A stretch of 64,000 nucleotides of DNA, taken from an uncultured Pseudomonadota bacterium. Lineage in GTDB: Bacteria > Myxococcota_A > Polyangia > Fen-1088. The notes beneath the pieces are model-generated. The model had not been told where the DNA came from. It ran no database searches and was given only the letters and a program-made list of their open reading frames with translations. This document shows, in pieces, positions 38,324-46,983 of the stretch (position 1 is its first letter; each line of letters begins with the position of its first letter). The stretch lies in NCBI GenBank assembly GCA_963737345.1, contig CAVTSM010000009.1, positions 7,532 to 71,531 of the forward strand. Reading direction: 5' to 3'. The position numbers and the translations under genes are program-made.

Positions 38324-39393
38324 TGGAAACCGAAGTCACGCCAGAGTCTCTGCCGGAGGACGCCACCCCAACCAAGCACACTCCCGTCGTCATTCGCGGG
38401 GCGGTCGCGCAACGACCCCGAAATCAGGACCACGCGAGTCCGGCAAGAAGGTCGTCAACATCCTCGTCGCTGCTCACGCGATCGAGCGCGACGGCGAGAA
38501 GCTCGATCCCGAGCAGAACAAGTGGCACCAGGCCACGTTCTGGAACGAGAAGGCCGAGCGAGGCGGTCGCCGAGCTGAAGAAGGGCACGCGAATCGAGGT
38601 CGCCGGCGAGCAGCGCCTGGTCGAGTACGAGAAGGACGGTGTCGACGCGAACAGCGAGCGAGATCCGGAATCCGAAGTACGACGTCCGTTCGCTCGAGCT
38701 GAAGGGGATGGTGGCCAAGGATCCCGAGCTGCGGACCACCGACGAAGGGCAACACGATCGCTCGCGTCCTGGTGGCCGCCGACGAGCTCTCGAAGGCCGG
38801 CCAGAAGCTCGATCCAGCCGAGAACAAGTGGCACGTCGCGCTCTTCTTCGGGGACCGCGCGAAGGAGGTCGCGGGCGAGCTGAAGAAGAACATGGTCGTC
38901 AGCCTCGCCGGCGAGCACCAGCTCCGGAGGTTCAAGGACAAGGGCACTGGCGAGGATCGGGAGGTCAGCGAGCTGGTGTCGCCGAAGGTCGAGATCCGTT
39001 CGCTCGAAATCAAGGGGACGGTCGCCAAGGACCCGGAGCTCCAATTCACGGCCAGCGAGAAGCCGTTCACGCGGATCCTGATCGCCGCCGACCAGGTCGC
39101 GAGGGGCGGAGAGAAGCTCGATCCCGACCAGAACAAGTGGCACTACGCCGTCTGCTGGGGCGAAAAGGCCAAGGAGGCCGTCCAGACGTTCAAGAAGGGG
39201 ATGGACGTCCAGGTCACCGGCGAGCAGCGCGTGACCCAGTACGAGCGTGAGGGCCGGCAGTTCACGTCATCGGAGCTGCACATGCCGAAGATCGAGCCGC
39301 TGCAGCGGCAGCAGCAGCGCTCGCAGGGGCTATCTCGCGTAGCGGCGTCGCCGCCAGTTCATCGACGACGGTCACCCAGATGGACGGCTCGCG
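38323..39393 (+). pseudogene. SSB-like gene encoding three tandem OB-fold units, disrupted by multiple frameshifts
   Basis: Three ~305-310-nt units, marked by the KG(A/M/T)VA-DPE strings at about 38399, 38704 and 39014. Unit 3 is in one frame: IRSLEIKGTVAKDPELQFTASEKPFTRILIAADQ...NKWHYAVCWGEKAKEAVQTFKKGMDVQVTGEQRVTQYEREGRQF. This fits the SSB pattern. Unit 2 needs one frame change and unit 1 about four. Confidence 0.6.
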
Positions 39394-39933
39394 ATGACAC
39401 ACGACGCCGCAAGACGAGCTGCTCGCCCGCTTCGTCGAAGAGGATCGACCTGCCGGCCTACTTGGGCCAGCGCGGTTTCGAGGTGGTGGCGAGACGCCAG
39501 GAATGCCGCCTACATCGCGATGGCACACCGCACGGCGGGACAGATCCTGCTGGTCGCGAGAGAGGCCGACGGTCGTAGCTGGACGTACAAGAGCGCGACC
39601 GACCCGCGCGACTGGGGCTCGGTCGCCGAGTACCTCCAGCGGCACGAGCGGTTGTCGACAGGCGCGGCACTCGAGCGGGTGGTCGCGTGCCTCGATCCCC
39701 GACGTCACGACACCCCCGCTGCCGAGCGGTACCGGGCGTATCTGCGCAAGAAGCCCCGTGCGCTGTTGGAAGCCGAGGCCCGGCACGCGTGTCACGCGCG
39801 CGCCAGATCGCCGCGCATCTGGGCGGCGACGTCGACGTGTCTCGGCTCAGGGCCGCCACCTTTCGCGGCACCTGGAAGGGACCTGACCGGTAGCCCGCAC
39901 CCGCGTAACCCAACCACCAACGCAAGGATGTGA
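39394..39933 (+). pseudogene. DUF3991-like (TraC primase N-terminal) gene fragment, frameshifted and truncated
   Basis: Spliced across frames it reads DELLARFVEE / RIDLPAYLGQRGFEVVARRQE / NAAYIAMAHRTAGQILLVAREADGRSWTYKSATDPRDWGSVAEYLQRHERLSTGAALERV. This resembles the N-terminus of gene 14767-15924. No Toprim part follows. Confidence 0.4.
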
Positions 39934-39935
39934 AC

Positions 39936-40852
39936 ATGCTGTGCAACAGATACTTCGCAATCGTCGCAGTACTGCTGGTGTGCGGCTGTCCGACCACGAA
40001 CGTCGACCCGGATGCAGGTTCGGGCGGTGCCGGGGGCACCCGTGCTGGCGGCGGCGCCGTAGGACACCAACAGGTTACGCAATCCGCTGGGGGCGCGGGT
40101 GCTGCGGGAACCGCCGGCGCGGCAGGCACGCCTGGCGCAGCCGGCGCAGCGGGGACGTTGGGGGCCGCCGGCGCCGCGGGCGGTTACCCGATCGAAATGC
40201 CAAAGCTGCCAACCCCCGGCCCTCCGGCCGCGCCGCCCGGAAAGCCGATCGCCGTGGCCTGCGCGTCCAATTCTGAATGTGCGTCTGGCTATTGCGTGGA
40301 CGGCGTCTGCTGCAACACCGCGTGCGACGGCCAGTGCTTCAACTGCAACCAGACCGGACAGATGGGGTACTGCGCAGCCCAGGCGGCGGGCGACGACTTG
40401 AACGCCGCGACGCCCTGCGCAAGCCCGCGCACCTGCGGTGCTCCAACACGGTCGTCGGCGCTGGCGGCTTGCCGGTTGAAGGACCTTCAGGCCTGCAAGA
40501 CTGCCGGCGACTGCGCGTCTCTCCGGTGCGTGACCTTCTACGTCGACCGCGACCAGGACGGCTACGGGGACAGCAACACGACGCTGAAGCTCTGTGAGAA
40601 CCGGGCGCCGTACCTCCCGGCGGGTACGTCACGGTCGGTGGCGACTGCTGCGACGCGGATGCGAACGCTCACCCTGGACAAACGCAGTACTTCACGAAGG
40701 CGAACGCCTGCAGCTCCTACGACTACAACTGCGACCAGGCCATCGAGGGCATCAGCGGCTTCGTCAGTTACCCGAACGAGCCCGTCGCCCAGTGCGGCAC
40801 GACGGTCCACGGCAGCTGCACGTCCTGCACCAACACGATCTCGTGCCACTAG
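39936..40852 (+). pseudogene. Cys-rich repeat lipoprotein, one frameshift near 40620
   Basis: Lipoprotein signal MLCNRYFAIVAVLLVCGC, a G/A-rich linker, and CASNSECASGYCVDGVCCNTACDGQCFNCN. After ...NRAPYLPAG the reading continues in another frame (GYVTVGGDCCDADANAHPGQTQYFTKANACSSYDYNCD...TISCH, stop at 40850-40852). Confidence 0.6.
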
Positions 40853-40887
40853 CCCGCCCGCTCACGCGAATGCTCGCGAAAGGACCC

Positions 40888-42000
40888 ATGCCAATGCTCA
40901 CCATCAAGTCAGTTGTCCCTCTCCTCGTCGCGCTACCCTGTGCCTCCTCGTCCGGGTGTCACGACCCGGCTGCAGGTGACCGCCCGGACGTGCACGTCGA
41001 CGTGCGTGCTGACGCCGGACCGCCTACGCCGGGATGCGGGCGCCAATGTCTTTCGGCACCCGATGCCGGAACGTCCACTCCGACGAGCCGGATGCCAAGG
41101 CAATGCCGGTGGTCGTCGTTCCGCCACCGCCGAGCTCTCTCGGGACCGCCTGCAGCTCGGATGGCGATTGTGGGTCGGGATTCTGCACGGACGGCGTGTG
41201 CTGCGATTCTGCGTGCGGGCAAACCTGCTACGCGTGCAACCAACGTGCGGCCGCCGGGCATTGCACTGCGATGACGAGCGGCCAGGACGCAAACGCCACC
41301 CTCCCGTGCGGCGGGTCGGCATTCTGTTTCCCTCCGGCACCGGGTAGCAGCGCGCCTGTCTGCAAGACGCCAAGCCCGCTCGGCGCGGCCTGCAGCTCGA
41401 ACAGCGATTGTGGCTCGGGGTTCTGCACCGACGGCGTGTGCTGCGATTCCGCGTGCGGGCAAACCTGCTACGCCTGCAACCAGGCAGGCGGCGATGGGCC
41501 ACTGCGCGGCGCTCACAACTGGCCAGGACCCGAACGCCACCTCGCCGTGCGGCGGATCGTCGTCGTGCTTCCTGCCGCCGACCAGCAGCACAGTGCCAGC
41601 CTGCAAGCTCGTAGATGGAACCGCATGTCAGGACGACGGCGACTGCATCAGTGGCCACTGCCTCACCTATTACGCGGACGTGGATGGCGACGGCTACGGC
41701 GGTTCCGACCAGGCCCATTTCTGCGAGCAGCTCAACGCGCCGCCGCCGGCCGGGTACGCTGCCTATTCCGGCGACTGCTGCGACCTGGATAGCGGCGCCA
41801 ACCCTGGTTTCAACTCCAGCAACTTCCTGCGGATGCCCGACGCCTGCGGCAGCTTCGACTGGAACTGTGACGGTGTCGTTACCCAGCAGCAGACATGCAC
41901 CGTCACCGGCGGCGCGTGCGGCCAGGCCTGTTACATCAGCTGGGGCGGCATCATCAGCACCAACCCGAACGACGTCGTGTTCGTCCAGGCGTGCCATTGA
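40888..42000 (+). pseudogene. Cys-rich repeat lipoprotein paralogue, two frameshifts (about 41030-41100 and about 41490)
   Basis: Signal MPMLTIKSVVPLLVALPCASSSGC. Two CSS(D/N)(G/S)DCGSGFCTDGVCCDSACGQTCYACNQ repeats. The C-terminal domain (CLTYYADVDGDGYGGSD...GDCCDLDSGANPG...FDWNCDG...VFVQACH) is shared with gene 39936. Confidence 0.6.
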
Positions 42001-42041
42001 CGGGCCACAAGCCGCAGCGACTAACGGATGCAGGAAGTACT

Positions 42042-42371
42042 ATGACGTCAACCCTGTTCAGTCCGAACGCCTTCCTGGTCGTGGTCAAAGGCATGACCGC
42101 CGGTCAGTCGTTCGCAGTTCGTCGGAACCACTGCGTCATCGGTCGAGACGAAGACGCAGACCTGACCCTGCCAGACCCCGCGATCTCTGGGCTTCACGCG
42201 CTCGTCATCATCGATCCTGACGGCACCGTAGCGCTGCGGGACCTCGGGTCCTCGAACGGCACCCGCGTCAATGGGCAGCCGCTCTCCGCCGAGAGGGTAC
42301 TGGTCCAAGGCGACGAGATCGCGATCGGCAGCACCGTGCTGCGGTTTACGTACGAACTTCCGAACTGCTAG
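42042..42371 (+). CDS. FHA-domain protein
   Basis: ATG 42042 after AGGAAG. 109 aa: CVIGRDEDADLTLPDPAISGLHALVIIDPDGTVALRDLGSSNGTRVNGQPL...GDEIAIGSTVLRF. Confidence 0.8.
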   Translation: MTSTLFSPNAFLVVVKGMTAGQSFAVRRNHCVIGRDEDADLTLPDPAISGLHALVIIDPDGTVALRDLGSSNGTRVNGQPLSAERVLVQGDEIAIGSTVLRFTYELPNC

Positions 42372-42912
42372 CCGACCGGGTGGCGCCTCGCCAGCTCGAC
42401 GGGCGAGGCCTCACACGCGTCAGGACGCGCACCGCTGTGGCCACCGCATGGACCACCAGCGCCAACACGAAGCACACGTCGGCAGCTTCCCCCAACACCA
42501 TCAAGCGTTCGAGCATCGGCACGGGCAGAAAGTAGTATCGGCGAGCTCGGGAGGAACTTGTCGTCTCGCGCGTTCGGGAACCGATGGCCGAGCCCTGGCG
42601 TCTCGCTGACGACTCGGCGGCGACTTCGGGGTTCCTTGGCGAGCTACCCGGAGGTCGGCCGGCACTGAGGGCAGGGCGTCGCCGCCCGTTTTCCGGTCCC
42701 TCCGGTAGGTGAGCTCGGCGCACCCACTTCCTCCTTGGTGGGCGGGCCGGGGGTCGCTTTCGCCGGCGCCCCTGCGCAACCCGTGGCCGGGCTACGGACC
42801 TCTGCTTTGTCGGCTCCCCCCGCGCGACGGGTCCCCCCGACAAAGCGGTCCTCCGGCGCAGGGGAGCTCGGCCCGCTCCCCCGTGGGCGTCCCGCCCATC
42901 AAGGAGGAAGCC

Positions 42913-43580
42913 ATGAAAGATCGCGAGCTCATCAAACCGTTCGAACCATCCGCTGCCGCCGCCCCACGACCCGCCGCCCCGGAACCGGCTGACCGCGACG
43001 GTGCCGAGCTCCTCTCCGGTGTCCTCGACGTGAAAGTCTCCACCGCCCAGCGCCTCCTGGCCAGGCTCGGCGGGCTGAAGGCCCTCAGCGCCGCGAGCGA
43101 GCCCGAGCTGATTTCCGCCGGCATCCAGGCCACCAAAGCCAGGCGCCTCTGTCACTCCCTCGCCCTTGCCCGGGCGGCCATTGGACAGCGCCCGGTTCGC
43201 GGCCAGCGTCTCGCCGGAGCCGCAGAGGTCTGGGCCCACATGCGCGCCCGACTCGCCAACCTGCCCGTCGAGGAGTTCTGGGCCATCGCACTTGACGTCC
43301 GCCACCGCGTGGTCCTCGACCAGCTCCTTGCCCGCGGCAGCCTCTCGGGCGTCGAGATCCACCCCCGCGACGTCTTTCGTCCCCTGATCCGCAGCCGGCG
43401 CGGCCGCCGTCATCTTCTGCCACAACCACCCGTCAGGCGACCCAGCTCCGTCCCGCGCCGACATCGAGCTCACCGAGCGGCTCCGCGAGGTGGGCGACCT
43501 CTGCGGGATCGCCGTCCTCGACCACGTCGTCGTCGCCGCCGATGGGCTACGTCAGCCTAGCCGAGCGCAACTGGCGTTGA
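42913..43580 (+). pseudogene. radC: radC (JAMM-motif DNA repair protein family), two frameshifts (about 43395 and about 43545)
   Basis: ATG 42913 after AAGGAGGAAG. HhH-like region LLARLGGLKALSAASEPELISAGIQATKARRL. In a second frame [28 protein letters not shown]...[10 protein letters not shown], and in a third [10 protein letters not shown] followed by the stop. Confidence 0.75.
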
Positions 43581-43643
43581 TCCGACGTTGACATCCCGGC
43601 AGGCGTCCGCCGGCGGCGACGGACGTTCACCTCCGATGCGCTC

Positions 43644-44528
43644 TCAGATCCTTGAGTATCTTCGTCTTCGTGTCGTCTGAAGATCCACACCGATTGAACG
43701 GGCGAATCCGTCCAGCCCCGGATACAGCGTAGCCGCCGTGATGTTCATCAGTCTCAGGCGTCTGAGCACTTCCCTGCGCAGGCAGGTGTCCGCACAAATT
43801 TGAACGACAACGGGATTCTTCCCGCCCGCCATTCTCGGTAGTCCGGCTGAAGGATCGAATGGTATCGGGTCATGCTCGGTCCGCGACGCCTCTCCGTAGA
43901 GCCCGAACAGGTTGTACTCGAACGAGTGGTCGATCGTCGCTGGGACGAGGAATGCGCCTTGCTGGGCTGCCATGCGTTCATTCATTCGGTAGGTTTCCGC
44001 AAACCATACGGCTGGTCTCGGCCAACGCTCCCCAAAAATATGGTCGAGAAGCGGCGTCTTTTCGTTGGGGCTGTCGCGGTGCGCGTGGCGGGTCCTGGCC
44101 CCGATGCTTTCTGAATCAAACGCCCAGATTGAACAAAAACCATGGTCGTCGGAACTCTCGAACGCAAAGTAGGTGGCGACGTAGGGAGAATGAGTCACAT
44201 CCAAAAGGCGAGACGGGGCGCCGTGATGTCGCAGTAGTGCCCACCAATCGAAGCGCTCATCGAGAGAAGGAGGAGCAGCGTAGTAGTGGTGCGCCTGCCG
44301 ACGGAACCGCTGGATAACAGTGTCCTCCAGGAGCAGGCGATCGCGCACAGCGCACCTCGATCTATCGAACGTACGTTCGAGCGTCGAAGCCAGCGAATCG
44401 GACGCTCGGCCTTGCCCTCGAAAGCACCATGCTTCGCCTTTGAACTCGTCCAGCGCGGATATGAGTTCCTGCCACGTTGAGATCCGGATTCGAAGAAATA
44501 TGCCCGCAATTTCTGACTCGTACGGCAT
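43644..44528 (-). CDS. FRG-domain protein
   Basis: WCFRGQGRASDSLASTLER and WWALLRHHGAPSRLLDVTHSPYVATYFAF match the FRG domain. Lower GC than its surroundings. Confidence 0.8.
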   Translation of the reverse strand: MPYESEIAGIFLRIRISTWQELISALDEFKGEAWCFRGQGRASDSLASTLERTFDRSRCAVRDRLLLEDTVIQRFRRQAHHYYAAPPSLDERFDWWALLRHHGAPSRLLDVTHSPYVATYFAFESSDDHGFCSIWAFDSESIGARTRHAHRDSPNEKTPLLDHIFGERWPRPAVWFAETYRMNERMAAQQGAFLVPATIDHSFEYNLFGLYGEASRTEHDPIPFDPSAGLPRMAGGKNPVVVQICADTCLRREVLRRLRLMNITAATLYPGLDGFARSIGVDLQTTRRRRYSRI

Positions 44529-44702
44529 GGCTGGGACAGCCCACAGGACGCCGGACTACTTCTGATCCTCCCTTTCGCGGCAGATGGTAAGTACGCGACT
44601 GCGATGCAGGCGGAGAGCAACATGCGAAGGCTAGTGGACGAACTGGAGTACCGCGCGGACCAAGCTGCGAACATGGACTGGTAACTACGACTTAGTGCCG
44701 GT

Positions 44703-45884
44703 TCACTGATGTGCGGCGTGTGGTCCGCTCGGGGCGTCGCTCGGTCTCTTATGTGATAGCGCCTTCCACCAGTTCACGATCGTGCCTCTCGTGAGGTGTT
44801 CGAAAACATGAAGAAGCATCGGGAGGTCTTCGCTCACCCAGCTGCCGTCTCTAGTGGCTGACGCAATGGCGTCCGGCCTTTCGACGTATCGACCTGATTG
44901 TATTGCCGGGCCGCACATCGGCTGCGGGAAGGGGGTCCCGTTGTGAAGGGCCTGGGACCGATACTCATAGATCTTTTTCAGTGCAGCCTCCAAATCCGGC
45001 CATTCCCACGAGATCACGAGGTCGTCGGCATCCCGGCGGGGCGGGGCGGCAGGACGGAACGCTTCGACGAAGGTCATCAGTCGTTTTCCGGATCCGAGCT
45101 GCCGCTCCAAGTGCTTCGCGACCTTCGAAACGAGTGTCATCCCACCCGCCTGCTCGACGTCTCGGTAGAGATCAGTCTTCAAATCCTTCAGGGTCTGTTC
45201 GGGGCTGGACGATGATTCTTGGTGGTGAACCGACACCACTTCCAATGCCGCAACGAACAGCAGCCAAGAAAGGGCTGGCTGCCCCTCTGCCACCCAGAGG
45301 GCGTCCTGATAAAGCCGCGAGCCACGGACGAGCGAAATCGCTTCCAGCGGCGACAGTAGCGCGTAGCTCTCAAACAGAGGTACGAGGGCAGACCCGACGT
45401 CTTGGGTTTCGAACGCTCGGGGGATGATGCCGTTTTTGTGGCGCGCTGGCAGGGGAGTCGCCGGGCGCTCGACGTCTGCACGCGGTCGGCCTCGAGGATC
45501 CGTTCCAAAGAAGTCACGCGTCACGCCTCCCGGGCGCAACCGAATACCCATCAACAGGCTGCATAGCGACGCAAGTTCATCCGCCAGCCAGCCTCCGTGA
45601 TATCGGCTCGTGTCGGTTACCGACATGTCCGGAACGGTTGGCGGGATATGGGAACTCATTCGCAGAGCGAGCGCTTCGGCAAACTCGAACGTGTGGCGCG
45701 GGACCGTATTCAAGAGGTCGTACGGAACACCGTCCTTGACGAACTCGCCCACGACATGGCCGTCCGAATAGAGGAGGACTTCAACTACGCTGAGAGCCGG
45801 GCGGCCGTCAGCGGCTGCACGCCAGTTCTCATACCCGCGTGGACCCTCGATTGGCTGCTTCTCCTTGCGCTTCTGAGCACACAT
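44703..45884 (-). CDS. Hypothetical protein with a C-terminal Rx4H (HEPN-like) motif
   Basis: 393-aa ORF (ATG 45884). YEYRSQALHNG sits in a helical C-terminal half; the N-terminal half has no motif I recognise. Co-oriented between the SIR2_2 and FRG genes. Confidence 0.55.
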   Translation of the reverse strand: MCAQKRKEKQPIEGPRGYENWRAAADGRPALSVVEVLLYSDGHVVGEFVKDGVPYDLLNTVPRHTFEFAEALALRMSSHIPPTVPDMSVTDTSRYHGGWLADELASLCSLLMGIRLRPGGVTRDFFGTDPRGRPRADVERPATPLPARHKNGIIPRAFETQDVGSALVPLFESYALLSPLEAISLVRGSRLYQDALWVAEGQPALSWLLFVAALEVVSVHHQESSSSPEQTLKDLKTDLYRDVEQAGGMTLVSKVAKHLERQLGSGKRLMTFVEAFRPAAPPRRDADDLVISWEWPDLEAALKKIYEYRSQALHNGTPFPQPMCGPAIQSGRYVERPDAIASATRDGSWVSEDLPMLLHVFEHLTRGTIVNWWKALSHKRPSDAPSGPHAAHQ

Positions 45885-45987
45885 GCCAAGACTGTCTCAC
45901 AAGATCGCACCGTCGTAGTCCACCTGGCCGACTACGTGGACGCCGACTGCCGCGGGCCCCATCATCCGGCCTGCCGGACGGCGTCCC

Positions 45988-46983
45988 TTACGTCCAGAAG
46001 CCTCTTTCAAGGAGTTGGTGATCGACGCCGCGGCCGTCGAAAAGGTGGTGCCAGCTACCCGGGGTGTATCCCACTACCGCATTCCAGATCGTTCCCATCC
46101 CTCGAGCCCTGAGGGAGGACCTTATCTTTTCTGGGTCACTTGGATCGACGACCCAAAGCCTGAGTCCTGTCTTCACTCCAATAGCGATACTCCGATTGAT
46201 GTGGTCGTCGGCAAAGCTGTACCCGATGACAAGTAGGCGGCCCTCGGGCTGCTTAAGAGCAGCCCTAAACACCGCGGTGTTGATCCGAAGAATACGAAAC
46301 TGCTTTATCGCCGCCTCCTTCGCCCCGCCCAGGACCATGACGTCCCCACGCGGTCTCCGCCAGTTTGTAGAACCATGTAGCTTGATGTAGGTGATCTTGC
46401 CTTTCGCCGTTCGGAAGCTCGGCCCAGGATCGTCGCTGACTGTCACCGGGTGCGAGGCGTGCGGCCAAGGAGCCGTCGCGACCTCCCGTCCGAACCACCA
46501 CGACTCGCTCGGAACGCCGGGTATGTCCACTCTCGGGGCGTCACCAGAAAGCATGAACCTCTCGAGCAGGAGGTCCTGGTTCAGCGTGAAAAGGCACTTG
46601 GTGCCAGGACCTTTGCTGAAGGTCTTCAGAAGGCCCCAGAGCGCGGTCACCAGCCCTTGATTGTCTTGCGTCCTGATGCGAATGTCCTGCAAATCGAAGG
46701 CGTCCATAATCGCTGCGCGCAAGACGTCGCGATCCGCTTCGGAGTAACGTTCCTTTTCTGTGACCTCGGCTTTTGCCAACGCTTCCTCGAAATTCATCTG
46801 GCGGTGTAGGAGTCGGTCAATTTTCGGCCGCGCTCTGATCTTCGGATTTCCGAGGATTAGGCTCCAGATCTCTTTCGCCAGATAGCCTCCCCAGTCTCGA
46901 GAGAAACCGGCGCCTGTGAGCAGCAGGCGGCCGTTGAAGGGCGCCAGCGTCGCTGCGATCTGAACACTCGATCCCGATCCCAT
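45988..46983 (-). CDS. SIR2_2-family (defence-type sirtuin-like) protein
   Basis: LLTGAGFS, FTLNQDLLLE, IKLHGSTNW and LVIGYSFADDHIN. ATG 46983 is preferred; the ORF track extends to a TTG at 47019. Confidence 0.8.
   Translation of the reverse strand: MGSGSSVQIAATLAPFNGRLLLTGAGFSRDWGGYLAKEIWSLILGNPKIRARPKIDRLLHRQMNFEEALAKAEVTEKERYSEADRDVLRAAIMDAFDLQDIRIRTQDNQGLVTALWGLLKTFSKGPGTKCLFTLNQDLLLERFMLSGDAPRVDIPGVPSESWWFGREVATAPWPHASHPVTVSDDPGPSFRTAKGKITYIKLHGSTNWRRPRGDVMVLGGAKEAAIKQFRILRINTAVFRAALKQPEGRLLVIGYSFADDHINRSIAIGVKTGLRLWVVDPSDPEKIRSSLRARGMGTIWNAVVGYTPGSWHHLFDGRGVDHQLLERGFWT

Noticed and set aside
38323-39393. Tandem repeats considered as a possible CRISPR or other non-coding array
   Set aside because: The repeat period is about 305-310 nt, the copies are diverged, and each encodes an SSB-like OB-fold unit. 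There is no short repeat/spacer structure and no cas genes in the window.
40933-41997. 354-aa and 215-aa minus-strand ORFs opposite the Cys-rich lipoprotein genes
   Set aside because: Arg-rich junk translation; the Cys-repeat architecture reads only on the plus strand.
42346-43473. 375-aa minus-strand ORF opposite radC
   Set aside because: Low-complexity G/R/A-rich sequence. The plus strand contains the radC HNHPSG (JAMM) motif and a strong RBS at 42901-42910.
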